A stretch of 64,000 bases of DNA, taken from positions 64,001 through 128,000 of the forward strand of contig CAXXVK010000072.1 of assembly GCA_963676915.2 (NCBI GenBank), in the 5' to 3' direction. The DNA comes from Myxococcota bacterium (GTDB taxonomy: Bacteria > Myxococcota_A > SURF-8 > G963663525). Positions 19,347 to 29,078 of this stretch are shown here, piece after piece. The position numbers and the translations under genes are program-made. The notes beneath the pieces are model-generated. The model did not search any database and was not told the DNA's origin. It saw only the letters and a list, made by a program, of their open reading frames with translations. Positions within the stretch are counted from its first letter, which is position 1. Each line of letters begins with the position of its first letter.

Positions 19347-20852
19347 ATGGGCTTGAAATCCAACGTAGAAACCCGAATACAACCGTTCGTCCAACGGCTA
19401 AAAAACTCGCCGATCGGACTTCGATTGGCCAAAGGGGTTTTCTGGTCCGTCGCCGGAACGTTCATTGCTCAGGGATTGATGTTCTGCGCATCGATTCTTG
19501 TCGCACGTTTTCTGGGAAAAGAAAGCTACGGCGAGTTGGGGATCATACGGTCTACCGTTGCCATGTTTGGAGTTTTCGCCGGTTTCGCGATGGGGCTGAC
19601 TGCTACCAAGCATGTCGCCGAATATCGGGAATCCGATCCTGCACGAGCGGGGCGCATCATCAGTTTGGCGGCTACGTTTACACTGGTGACCGGTGGCATT
19701 ATGGCGTTGGGAATGGTCATTTTCGCTCCTTGGCTCGCCGAACATACGTTGAATGCTCCGCACTTGACGGGATTGTTGCGTATTGGTGCGATTATTTTGT
19801 TCATTACGTCGCTCAACGGTGCCCAGACCGGTGCGCTAGCCGGTTTCGAAGCATTCAAAACCATTGCCAAAGTCAATCTTTTCATCGGAATGCTTTCCTT
19901 TCCCATTCTCATTACCGGAACCTACATCAAAGGACTCGAAGGTGCGGTTTGGGCTATGGTGATCAATCTGGGAATCGGATGGACGTTCAACCATCTTGCT
20001 CTTCGTCGGGAAATGAAACATCATGAGGTTCCAGCTTCGTTCCATTTCACACACGATGACTGGAGAGTATTCTGGACGTTCTCCCTGCCTTCCATGCTCG
20101 GAGGCATTTTGGTCGGACCCGTTCGCTGGGCTTGCAATGCTTTCCTTGTCAATCAACCGGAAGGCTACGCTCAGATGGGAATTTTCAACGGCGCTTTGAT
20201 TTTCCAAAACCTGCTGCTTGTCGTCAACGGTATGCTCAATGCTCCCCTATTATCCTTGCTTTCCAATGTAGGATCGAAAAAAAGCAACAAGCTTGAAACG
20301 GCGAATATTCTTTCTTCCTGGCTTTTGGGACTTGTTCCCGCCATGCCTTTGCTTTGCCTTCCGGAAATCGTGCAGGTCATGCTCGGTCCTGAATACCAGG
20401 GACAGACTTTCAAAACCACTTTCGCCGTGGTTGTGTTTTATTCCTGTATTTTGACATTCCGTAGTGGTTTGCTGCGGGTGCTGATTTCCAAAAACCTGCT
20501 GTGGTGGGGATTCGCCAACAACGTACTGTGGGCAGCGGTCTTGCTTCCTTCCGCGTATTTCTTTTCCGAATGGGGGGCAATAGGTTTATCCTCGGCTTTT
20601 GCACTGGCCTACGTTGTCATTTCCATCGTTTTCGTTCCGATTTACATGAATAAAGCCGGAGTTCCGAAAAAACTGCTGATTTCCAAAGAAACCGTGACGA
20701 TTTGGGCGATTATTACGGGATTGACCGTTGCATCTTTCTGGGATATACCCATTGTATACCGTATCGTGGCGTTGCCGTTTGTTCTTGGACTTATAGGGTT
20801 GGCGTTCAAAAGGGTTTGGTATCAAAATACCGCAGAACCCAGTCACGAGTGA
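19347..20852 (+). CDS. Wzx-type oligosaccharide flippase
   Basis: ~12-14 TM segments, ARFLGKESYGELG, GLTATKHVAE, GALAGFEAFK. Confidence 0.85.
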   Translation: MGLKSNVETRIQPFVQRLKNSPIGLRLAKGVFWSVAGTFIAQGLMFCASILVARFLGKESYGELGIIRSTVAMFGVFAGFAMGLTATKHVAEYRESDPARAGRIISLAATFTLVTGGIMALGMVIFAPWLAEHTLNAPHLTGLLRIGAIILFITSLNGAQTGALAGFEAFKTIAKVNLFIGMLSFPILITGTYIKGLEGAVWAMVINLGIGWTFNHLALRREMKHHEVPASFHFTHDDWRVFWTFSLPSMLGGILVGPVRWACNAFLVNQPEGYAQMGIFNGALIFQNLLLVVNGMLNAPLLSLLSNVGSKKSNKLETANILSSWLLGLVPAMPLLCLPEIVQVMLGPEYQGQTFKTTFAVVVFYSCILTFRSGLLRVLISKNLLWWGFANNVLWAAVLLPSAYFFSEWGAIGLSSAFALAYVVISIVFVPIYMNKAGVPKKLLISKETVTIWAIITGLTVASFWDIPIVYRIVALPFVLGLIGLAFKRVWYQNTAEPSHE

Positions 20853-20927
20853 TTGGTTAGAACCATTTAGAAAGATACCGGGGATTTTTCGCATCGTTTC
20901 GGTGCGGACGTTTCAAGGAGAAGAGCT

Positions 20928-21047
20928 TTGATCAAGAAAACCGCTGGAAAGATTACGGAAAAGCTGTTGGGACCGCAATTCAAATCCGTTATTCGCGATT
21001 ATACTGACGTTCCGGGGATGCTGGTCAAGAAGATTTTCAACATATGA
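20928..21047 (+). CDS. 39-aa ORF; either a coupled small ORF or the frameshifted N-terminus of the nitroreductase
   Basis: AAGGAG SD and TTG at 20928. Its TGA overlaps the ATG at 21044 (ATGA), and that ATG has no SD of its own. Confidence 0.3.
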   Translation: MIKKTAGKITEKLLGPQFKSVIRDYTDVPGMLVKKIFNI

Positions 21048-21868
21048 TCGATCAGATTCGGATGAAGCAAAAATACCTGAACGATCCAGAAGTTGTCCTC
21101 GGTGGACTGCGTACCTCGGCTCATATCGTGGATAAAGGGCTTCAGTCCGACGAATGGCAAGTGGGGCGCAGCAAAATATTTTACGGGAGAATGTGTCAAC
21201 AGATCGATACATTGAAAAACTCCGATCTAGTGGATGACCCCTCCTATCAATGGGCGGTGGACAAACAGCGCGAATACGATGAGGCGCAGGAAGCCGGACC
21301 GAAAGAATATTCCTTAGAAGACTCTCAAGAACCGCTCGTAGACAAGGACGCTTTGAAAAAGCTTATTCTGGGGCGACGCAGCACGCGCTCGTTTATCGAT
21401 CGACCGCTTGAGGTCGAGACGATCAAAGAGCTTGCCGATGTCGTAAACTGGTCTCCTACCAGTTGCAATCGCCAACCGGCCAAGCTTTTCGTGACGCAAA
21501 ATCCTGAAAAAGTGACCAAAAGCCTGCAACAATGCGCCGGTGCTACCTGTATCGGACCGGCGACGCCGTGTTTCATGGCGGTTTGTGCGGATACTCGCTT
21601 GTATATGGTCGTGGACCGAGAAGTGCCGCTGATCGACGTTTCGTTGGGATTGCAAAATATGCTGTTGCTCGCCCATGCTCAAGGTATTGAAGCTACCTTG
21701 TTGAATTGGATGCATCACACGCCTGAACAAGATGCAGCCTTGCGAGAAACGTTAGGAATTCCGGAATATTACCGGATCATCGTCAATATTTTAGCGGGAT
21801 ATCCCGCCAAGTCGGCACCGACCCCGGAAAGAAAAAGCTGCGATTTGGCCTGCAAAATCGTGGAATAA
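21044..21868 (+). CDS. Nitroreductase family protein (polysaccharide-locus type)
   Basis: RRSTRSF, SPTSCNRQP, IDVSLGLQNMLLLAHAQGI. Confidence 0.85.
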   Translation: MIDQIRMKQKYLNDPEVVLGGLRTSAHIVDKGLQSDEWQVGRSKIFYGRMCQQIDTLKNSDLVDDPSYQWAVDKQREYDEAQEAGPKEYSLEDSQEPLVDKDALKKLILGRRSTRSFIDRPLEVETIKELADVVNWSPTSCNRQPAKLFVTQNPEKVTKSLQQCAGATCIGPATPCFMAVCADTRLYMVVDREVPLIDVSLGLQNMLLLAHAQGIEATLLNWMHHTPEQDAALRETLGIPEYYRIIVNILAGYPAKSAPTPERKSCDLACKIVE

Positions 21869-21896
21869 GGGAAAAACTCGGGGATTCGATACAATC

Positions 21897-23669
21897 TCAG
21901 GGCAATAGTTTTCCAACAATGGCTTCCACCGTGCGGCGAAGGGCTACCTCGCCTTGGCAGGCGAAAAACGCCTGGGCGTTCTCTGATTCCCAGGTAAAAT
22001 CGGAACCTTGCACGGTATCGGTCAGACTGTTTAGCAATTCCTCCATCGTTTCCACTTCTTTCGCCAATCCCATTTCTCCAAAAGGCATTAAAGGTTTACG
22101 CCCTTGGGGACGCAGTACGATGACAGGTACGCCTTGGATGAGACTATCGAAAATCGTTGTGGAGAACACCGCAACAGCGGCGGAAGCGTTTTCAAGGCAC
22201 TGCGATATTGGAATGTGCTTTACGATGTCGAGGTTCCGTGCTCCCAATCGCTTTGCGGTGTTTGAAAACTCATGCCCATCATTGCTCGGATGAGGATGAA
22301 GCTTGACGACGAACCGCCAGTCCGGTTGCAACGTCGCCACTTGTACGAACATTTCGACCATACGGCGGTAATCCAGCCAATTGAGTTCGCTTCCGGGCGG
22401 GGATTGGAGAAATACAACCGTCGGAACTTCAGAGTTTGACGACCTTTTTCGAGATTCAACAAGGAGATTTCCGGTTTCAGCCAAGGGGACACCCGTTACA
22501 ACTATGTTGTTCTCTGACAGTCCACAATGGGTTAAGTTCCGTCGATACGTCTCCCCAAACACCGTATAAATATCCGGTTCGGGCTTGGAATAATAGGGAG
22601 GATACTCCGGGATGTTGCCGTGCATCGCTATCGCCGTTTTCATTCCCCGTTGGCTGGCACAATCCAATAGGATTCGATACGCAGGCCATATCGCTACGGA
22701 AACGAGGACCGACTCAGGTTGTATTCTATCCAAAACCCGCGTCCAAAAACGTTCCCAGCCCATGGCTTGTACCAGTAGCAACAGTACTTGCATTCGTGCC
22801 CATGAGGAACGAAACACCCGATAATCCTCATGTTTTTCGATGAACTCCGAGCTTCCCAAAATCTTGAACAACGTCGCTAACTTTGCGAATTCGCTTTTAT
22901 CCAAGAATGGCTTTCGTTCTCGTTCCATTTTGAGAATATCGAGGTTGAAGTTGCGGTACTGCCATTCTCCCGCATCGTCGGAACACAACGCAGCGCTTTG
23001 TTCCCTGCCGATTCGATCGATCAATGGTGCCAAGACGCGAGCATGGGAAGCCATATCGCTGAAAGTCAGGAGTCGCCGTCCGGCCATTTTTTCTATGGCG
23101 GAATCCGGGACAAACCAGGGACGGGTTTCCTTTAACACGCGCAGACATTCTAACGAGCCATCCGCTAGGCGATGAAACGCTCCCAAGCCTCTCGAACGAA
23201 TTTGTATTTGAGAATCCACGTTCACGACGGACGCCAATGCGGAATCCAGAAAAACGACACGCTTGGGAGATCGCTTTTCGATCACTTTTTCCGTTACTAG
23301 AACTGCTATGAGAAATTCTTTAAGTACTCGAAACCACTCGGCTTCGATCGCTGTAGAAAAGCGTTCGATTCGATCCTGGGACCAGCCGAAATCGGAGGAA
23401 ATTTTCAAAACATCCTGTAACCAGTTTTTTGCCACCCCATACGCCGATGTTTCTGCGGTCTCAAGGGTCTTTCCTTCGGTATATTCCAGAGGATCGATCC
23501 TTTGTCCTCCGAAACCGGGCTCCCCTTCACCCAGGAGATCGAGCCAGTTCCCACGAAAGCGGAGAATGGAACGAAAAACGGCCTGTTCTCCACCCGACAT
23601 CAGGCGTTGAAACCTGCGGCGTAGCTCCGTTTGACTCTGAGGGTAGGACGTAACGATCAACTCGGACAT
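21897..23669 (-). CDS. Surface/capsular polysaccharide biosynthesis protein (GT-B-like; CDP-glycerol/sialyltransferase-like C-terminus)
   Basis: AMHG, VFGE, IVVTGVP, VKLHP, FSTTIFDSLIQGVPV. Confidence 0.6.
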   Translation of the reverse strand: MSELIVTSYPQSQTELRRRFQRLMSGGEQAVFRSILRFRGNWLDLLGEGEPGFGGQRIDPLEYTEGKTLETAETSAYGVAKNWLQDVLKISSDFGWSQDRIERFSTAIEAEWFRVLKEFLIAVLVTEKVIEKRSPKRVVFLDSALASVVNVDSQIQIRSRGLGAFHRLADGSLECLRVLKETRPWFVPDSAIEKMAGRRLLTFSDMASHARVLAPLIDRIGREQSAALCSDDAGEWQYRNFNLDILKMERERKPFLDKSEFAKLATLFKILGSSEFIEKHEDYRVFRSSWARMQVLLLLVQAMGWERFWTRVLDRIQPESVLVSVAIWPAYRILLDCASQRGMKTAIAMHGNIPEYPPYYSKPEPDIYTVFGETYRRNLTHCGLSENNIVVTGVPLAETGNLLVESRKRSSNSEVPTVVFLQSPPGSELNWLDYRRMVEMFVQVATLQPDWRFVVKLHPHPSNDGHEFSNTAKRLGARNLDIVKHIPISQCLENASAAVAVFSTTIFDSLIQGVPVIVLRPQGRKPLMPFGEMGLAKEVETMEELLNSLTDTVQGSDFTWESENAQAFFACQGEVALRRTVEAIVGKLLP

Positions 23670-23865
23670 GTGTTGCAGAAAACCTTCTTGGAAGAACGAA
23701 AAAAACGGCTCTTCGGGAATTCTCCCATGCTATCCGTGTATCTGACAAGGCGATATTTCGCAATCATGGTACCGAGCCACATGCTGAAACGCAAGAAAAC
23801 CCACGAGATTCCGAAGGCTTCGAGAATTTCAGGTTTTTCATTCCGAAAGCGGTTTGCCGAATGCT

Positions 23866-24717
23866 TTACCGTAACCCCATCTTTTCCTTAACCCAACTGA
23901 CCTCAAGATGGGTTAGATAGATGGCCCCGGTCAACGCCACCATGCAAGCCCCGGTGGGTAATTCCCAAATGAAGGAGAGATAATATCCCATTCCTGCCGA
24001 AAACAAGCCTATGATCACGGCGATGGTGAATGCACCCAACATGGAGCGACCCATCCGCAGCCCGGTTAGCGCTGGAAAGATGGTAAACCCAAAGACAGGC
24101 AGTGCTCCAATCGCACGGGTAGCGATGGCGATCATAAGGGCGAAACTCAAATAGAGCAGGATTTCGTACCGTAGGACGGGGATAGCGCTGGCACCCGCAG
24201 AGTCGGTGTCGTAACTGGAAAAAAGAAAGCGACGATAAAAGAGGAAATGTACTAAACCGACACATAGTGCCGCCGTAGTGACATAGACAATCTGCACCGT
24301 TTCTACCATGACGGCGTTTCCGAATAGCAGGCTCGATACGTCGTGGAGATCCTGACGGATGAATCCGCCCAAAATCAGGACTGTTGCTGCCGATAAAAGG
24401 TAAGCGACGACGGTTGCCTGCCCGTTATCACGACGGGGTCCGGCGAAGTAGACTGAAGCCAGACCCGCGAATAGCAACGACATCCACGTCGGATCGAAAA
24501 CGTTTCTTGTTCCGGTGTGGCCAAGCCAGTCGCCGAGGAGAAATGCGGCCACAACCCCCACCGACGATACCTGAGTCAGCGCCAATGGGACGTAGGTTAC
24601 ACGTTTGAGTACGACCCAAACCCCAAGATAAGAAAGCGCCGCTGCCGAAATCAGGGCAACGATCATCGCGTCACGCCAGACGAAACTGGACTCCCAGAAT
24701 GAAACGGTTTCCATCAT
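23866..24717 (-). CDS. Zn/Mn ABC transporter permease (ZnuB/MntB-like)
   Basis: SYLGVWVVLKR, SLLFGN, IATRAIGAL, SFIWELPTGACMV. ATGA overlap with the ATPase gene at 24714-24717. Confidence 0.85.
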   Translation of the reverse strand: MMETVSFWESSFVWRDAMIVALISAAALSYLGVWVVLKRVTYVPLALTQVSSVGVVAAFLLGDWLGHTGTRNVFDPTWMSLLFAGLASVYFAGPRRDNGQATVVAYLLSAATVLILGGFIRQDLHDVSSLLFGNAVMVETVQIVYVTTAALCVGLVHFLFYRRFLFSSYDTDSAGASAIPVLRYEILLYLSFALMIAIATRAIGALPVFGFTIFPALTGLRMGRSMLGAFTIAVIIGLFSAGMGYYLSFIWELPTGACMVALTGAIYLTHLEVSWVKEKMGLR

Positions 24718-25478
24718 GGCGTTCCTCCTACAGCGTGAACCAGGATATCTTCGCCGTGTCGATCCACCTGGATCGGACGTCCGTACGCAGAGGAAAGGCG
24801 TTCGTCGGTCAGCATGTCGTCCATCTTTCCCGTGTCGAAAAGGTCGGCGTCTTTGTTGATCAGACACAGGTGATTCGCAACGGATACGACGGAACCGATA
24901 TGGTGGCCGATCATCAGCACCGTGATACCGGTGCTTTGGTGGTGTTTTTTGAGAAAGGTAAGGATGTCGGTTTCACCGGGAAGATCCATTCCTGTGGTCG
25001 GTTCGTCGAGAACCAGTACGTCCGGGTCGCTGGCCAGGGCACGAGCCAGAAGGATTCGTTGCTGTTGCCCGCCGGACAACGAAGCGAAGGGCTGTTTTTC
25101 TGCGGCTCCCATGCCCAGTCGCTCGATTTCTTCCTGCACTCTCTTTCGATCTTCGGTGGAGGGACGTTTTCCCCAACCGATGCGATCCGTACGGCCCATC
25201 ATCGCCACATCGAAGGCGGTCAATGGGTAGTCCGAGTTCAATAGGTGACGTTGGGGTACATAGCCGAAGCGCGGTTTTCCCAACGGATAGCGCACGGCTC
25301 CTGAAACCGGTTTTAGAAGTCCCAAAATGGTTTTCACGAGCGTGGTTTTGCCTGACCCGTTGGGACCGACAATGCCCCAGACATCGCCTTCTTCCACCGC
25401 CAGGGTGAACGGGCGCAGAAGCGCCCGTTCGTAACCGATGGCGGTATTCGTCATTTCGATTCGTTTACGTTCGTTCAT
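24714..25478 (-). CDS. Zn/Mn ABC transporter ATP-binding protein (ZnuC-like)
   Basis: GPNGSGKT, GYVPQ, LSGGQQQR, LDEPTTG. Confidence 0.9.
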   Translation of the reverse strand: MNERKRIEMTNTAIGYERALLRPFTLAVEEGDVWGIVGPNGSGKTTLVKTILGLLKPVSGAVRYPLGKPRFGYVPQRHLLNSDYPLTAFDVAMMGRTDRIGWGKRPSTEDRKRVQEEIERLGMGAAEKQPFASLSGGQQQRILLARALASDPDVLVLDEPTTGMDLPGETDILTFLKKHHQSTGITVLMIGHHIGSVVSVANHLCLINKDADLFDTGKMDDMLTDERLSSAYGRPIQVDRHGEDILVHAVGGTP

Positions 25479-25479
25479 T

Positions 25480-26202
25480 CTACCGGTCTTCGTGTTCTTC
25501 ACCGATTTCAAGAATCAGGATTTGCACTTGTTCAGCCTCGTTTTCACCGAAGCGGATGATCTGTGGTTTTACCGATCCGCTGTCATTGGTGATTTCCACA
25601 TGCCAGACTTCCTTGAAGTCCCCCGGACAGTCGGAGTTTTCACCCTCGTTGTGGGCTTCGAGTTCGTTTTCTTCGGCATCCAGGAATCCATCGACAATTC
25701 CAACGGTATCAATGAAAACAGCCACTTCGCCCGTTTCTTGACCGGGAAAATGGACAAAGTTTTCGGAGCCGGTTGTCAACTCGATTTGCGCCAGATGTTC
25801 CAAATCCACATGGGCGTTCGAAAATTCATCGAAGGAGGAAACCGCCGAGACTTCTTCAGGCGTGTCGCCCAGATGTTCGCAAGCGTGCTGCTCGAGATCC
25901 TCGGTTTCCTGTGAATTGTCTTCATTGTCGCCGCTGCAGCCCTGTTGCAGACAGTATTCCGCACCGCCGATTTCGGTCGGTTCCTGGTCGGAAAAGCAGT
26001 GGCATTCGTTTCCATGGCTATGTCCGTCCGGTCCGCAGGTGTCGATGTCTTCGATAGGAACGCATTTCGTGCCTACAAGCAGTTGTGTCTCGTTGTCGCA
26101 GGTCGGGCAGGTTATTTCGTCACCATCTTCCGTTGCGCAGGATGTAGCAAGGATGACCAGGACGAAGGAAAGAAAGACAGCGCTAAGTATTTTAATTTTC
26201 AC
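25480..26202 (-). CDS. Cys/His-rich acidic lipoprotein within the metal-uptake operon
   Basis: GTG at 26202 after AAGGAG. Lipobox LATSC, CPTC, CGPDGHSHGNECHC, EQHACEH. Confidence 0.75.
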   Translation of the reverse strand: MKIKILSAVFLSFVLVILATSCATEDGDEITCPTCDNETQLLVGTKCVPIEDIDTCGPDGHSHGNECHCFSDQEPTEIGGAEYCLQQGCSGDNEDNSQETEDLEQHACEHLGDTPEEVSAVSSFDEFSNAHVDLEHLAQIELTTGSENFVHFPGQETGEVAVFIDTVGIVDGFLDAEENELEAHNEGENSDCPGDFKEVWHVEITNDSGSVKPQIIRFGENEAEQVQILILEIGEEHEDR

Positions 26203-26221
26203 GAGAATTCTCCTTTTGATG

Positions 26222-27121
26222 TTAAGGCGTTGCCAGCAGGGTGGCGATACGGTCGAATTTATCCCAGATCGTTTCCATGCCGGGTTCGGCACCTACCATG
26301 GAAGGCATGATGACCAACATCGCCCCGGCTTTTTCGGCGAAGATCTTCGACAGGTTCGTTGGATGGTAGATTTCCTGAAGCACGAAACGTACGTTTTCGG
26401 ATTTGACCTTGTTCAGCAGTTTCGATACGTGGGCCGGACTGGGAGGAATTCCGGGAATCGGCTCCAATGATCCGACCTTGCGAACGCCCAGCCAATCCAG
26501 CAAATAGACCCAGCTTTCGTGGTACACCACAACGTTCGCACCTTTAAGGGGAGCTAAGGCCGTTTTCCATTGTGCCGTTTTCTTTTGGTATTTCGTGTCG
26601 AAAGCGGTCCATCGTTCTTTGTAGTAGGAAGCACCATCCGGGTCGAGTTGCACGAGTCGCCGATGTATTCCGCCTGCGATGCGGTACAATTCATGTGGGC
26701 TGGTGTAGTAATGCGGATTGCCCGCGCCGTGAATATCTCCCATCGAGCGATCGGGATTCGCGACGACATCTTTGGCTTCGATCAACGTCGAGGCGTCCAG
26801 GTATCCCGGTTTTCCAGGGTGTATGTCGCCGTTTCTCGCTTGAGTCAGCAGTACGGGTAGCCAGCCGTCTTCCAAACCCATGCCGATGAGGATCAGCAGA
26901 TCGGCTCGGTTGACTTTGAGAATCAGCGAGGGTTTGGCATCTACGAAGTGCGGGTCTTGCGTTCCCTTGATGAGCGATTCGGCTTCTACACGTTCTCCAC
27001 CGAGTTCGGTGGCCAATGCGGCGAAATCAGGTAAGGTTCCCACCACTCGCAGTTTGGCCGAGGCGAGTCCCGGAAAGCTCAGCACGATCAGGATAGCTGT
27101 CAATAAGGTCCAGCGTTTCAC
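26222..27121 (-). CDS. Metal ABC transporter substrate-binding protein (ZnuA/TroA cluster A-I)
   Basis: QDPHFVDAKPS, GMGLEDGWLP, GDIHGAGNPHY, YHESW, EPIPGIPPS. Signal peptide. Confidence 0.9.
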   Translation of the reverse strand: MKRWTLLTAILIVLSFPGLASAKLRVVGTLPDFAALATELGGERVEAESLIKGTQDPHFVDAKPSLILKVNRADLLILIGMGLEDGWLPVLLTQARNGDIHPGKPGYLDASTLIEAKDVVANPDRSMGDIHGAGNPHYYTSPHELYRIAGGIHRRLVQLDPDGASYYKERWTAFDTKYQKKTAQWKTALAPLKGANVVVYHESWVYLLDWLGVRKVGSLEPIPGIPPSPAHVSKLLNKVKSENVRFVLQEIYHPTNLSKIFAEKAGAMLVIMPSMVGAEPGMETIWDKFDRIATLLATP

Positions 27122-27124
27122 GGT

Positions 27125-28381
27125 TCACCTCCTTAGAATTTGTGGGCCATGTGCTCGCCCACACCGATTTCGAGTTGTAAAAAGGCAGCATGATACAGGT
27201 TGTGATGCTCTTCCTGTCCTGCGTCGTATTGCAGGCGGATTTTGGAAAAAATGCGTCGGCATGAACGTCACTGCCGTTCCACCACGCCACTGCCTTTCCG
27301 GAATTTTTTCTGCGTCCGGTGTTTCTCCTGTGAGAATGTCGGTGTAGTCGCCTCGGACGCCGACCATCCAACGGCGAGTCAACTGGACATCCAGTTGGGC
27401 GTATCCACCATGATCCTGAACGAGATCCCCCGGAACCTGTGTCATTCTCATCAGGTATTCGACGGTCAACCCCACGGCAAGCGCGTCCATGCCCGAGGTG
27501 ATCGGTCGCCACTTGAGATAAAGGTCCGTTCCGTACAAGTCCACTCGATCATCCGGGACATAGGGGCTTTGTCCCCAGGCACCGGAAAGTCCCCAGTCGA
27601 GCGACCAGTTGTCGGTAATGTCGAAGAAGTTGTTGATTCGTGCGAGATACACGAAGTCTTCCAGGCCATCCAGCCTTCCGTTTTCCGTCAGATCGACGGT
27701 GCCGAAAGAGCCGGAACGAAACGCCGATTCGGGTTTGGTATCCATCATCTGCCCGCCGACCGTCATGTACCAGGGAAGCGGAAGCAGGAACGATAGCTCG
27801 GTGCCAAGCCCGCTAAAATGTTCTTCCCCCATGAAGCGGCTATGGGAAAGAGGTGGATTTACGTAGTTCCAGCTATGGAGATGTTGTGGGTTCTGGCGGC
27901 CGAAAGCGGCGTTCATGTATCCGGCCCTGACCTGCATGTTGATCGGAAGCGATAGCGAGGTGATGTAGGCTTCTTCCAAGTGCAAGTGGGAAATCTCAAA
28001 ATTCATGTCGAAACGAAAATAAGGATCGACGGCCCCGGAAACAGCCATTTCCAGACCTTGGAGCGTAAATCCGTTTTCATCGATGGCATGACCGCTCTGG
28101 CGGATGTGATCATCGCCGAAAAACCAGCCGAATCCGACATCAACGATGAAGCTGATATCCGGTATGAAGCTCGCCGCCGTGGGAGTGACGTTTTCCCGAA
28201 GGGTGTCGCTGAGACTCGGAGGATTTTGGGGTGGTTCACTCGTTTCACTGGCATCGGCCTGAATGGCTTCGGCGAAGTCGGGATCTATGGTTTCGTTTTC
28301 TTTGGAAAAGGCCGGCAGAGTCCATAGCAGTACCAGAGGAAGAGCCAGCAGGCTTCCCCAGGCAAGTGTAGATTGTCGCAT
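27125..28381 (-). CDS. Outer-membrane beta-barrel metal (zinc) uptake protein. A 1-nt frameshift at ~27250 puts the true stop at 27133
   Basis: PDISFIVD, AVDPYF, LEEAY, FGRQNPQHLHSW. Removing one T gives ...PTHFSKIRLQY...LQLEIGVGEHMAHKF*, a His-bearing barrel C-terminus. Confidence 0.75.
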   Translation of the reverse strand: MRQSTLAWGSLLALPLVLLWTLPAFSKENETIDPDFAEAIQADASETSEPPQNPPSLSDTLRENVTPTAASFIPDISFIVDVGFGWFFGDDHIRQSGHAIDENGFTLQGLEMAVSGAVDPYFRFDMNFEISHLHLEEAYITSLSLPINMQVRAGYMNAAFGRQNPQHLHSWNYVNPPLSHSRFMGEEHFSGLGTELSFLLPLPWYMTVGGQMMDTKPESAFRSGSFGTVDLTENGRLDGLEDFVYLARINNFFDITDNWSLDWGLSGAWGQSPYVPDDRVDLYGTDLYLKWRPITSGMDALAVGLTVEYLMRMTQVPGDLVQDHGGYAQLDVQLTRRWMVGVRGDYTDILTGETPDAEKIPERQWRGGTAVTFMPTHFFQNPPAIRRRTGRASQPVSCCLFTTRNRCGRAHGPQILRR

Positions 28382-28456
28382 AGCGCAATACTCCCCGTAT
28401 TGAAGTGGAGGGAATCGTGGGCGACGTGTCGCCCCGTCTTTAGAATTTACGCAATC

Positions 28457-28906
28457 TTAGACGGAGGGCGGGGAGTTTTTCGGTGCAAGGGAAAGTTGAG
28501 AAACGAAAAGGAAAACGGGCTTTTGCACGGTTCCGACGGACTCGTCCGAGACATCGATGCGTTCGCAGTCCGTTGGGCAGGACATGGCATTCGATGTTTG
28601 AATGAGTTGGGCGAGGACAGTACAGACATCGTGCGGTTCTGAAAACCGATCCGAATGCGATTGGAGTGAGGTCTCGTACCCCGCTACAGGACGAGAAAAA
28701 CCAACTCCGGTTTTCCAGATCGTATCGCCAAGATTGTGATTGTCGTTGGTTGGGTGATGGTGATGAACGTGCTCGAAGCGCTGGTGCTCGATGCACCAGA
28801 CATGTTCGTGACGAGCGAACAAAAACGGCGTTACCAGCCAGTTGGCCACGAAAACGGCCACCAGCAGGACGGCGAAAGTGTTCTTTGAGGTTCTCGTCAT
28901 CAACAT
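28457..28906 (-). CDS. His-rich exported leader protein ending in APKNSPP (DUF2946/CruR-like candidate)
   Basis: N-terminal TM/signal, HEHVWCIEH...HVHHHH, HDVCTV, C-terminal LAPKNSPPSV. First gene of the metal operon. Confidence 0.6.
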   Translation of the reverse strand: MLMTRTSKNTFAVLLVAVFVANWLVTPFLFARHEHVWCIEHQRFEHVHHHHPTNDNHNLGDTIWKTGVGFSRPVAGYETSLQSHSDRFSEPHDVCTVLAQLIQTSNAMSCPTDCERIDVSDESVGTVQKPVFLFVSQLSLAPKNSPPSV

Positions 28907-29078
28907 AAAGCCAATATCCGATCCAAGTAGGTACAGTTAAGCACTGTTAACTTAGACTCGCTTTATGCAGGTTGCAAGACACAAAAGCGTTTTTTTCCAA
29001 CTTTTGTGTAAAGATTACATTTTTTTCTTTGTCGTAGGAGAAAGTAAATGACGTTTTTATAAGAAGCAAAGTGCTTGA

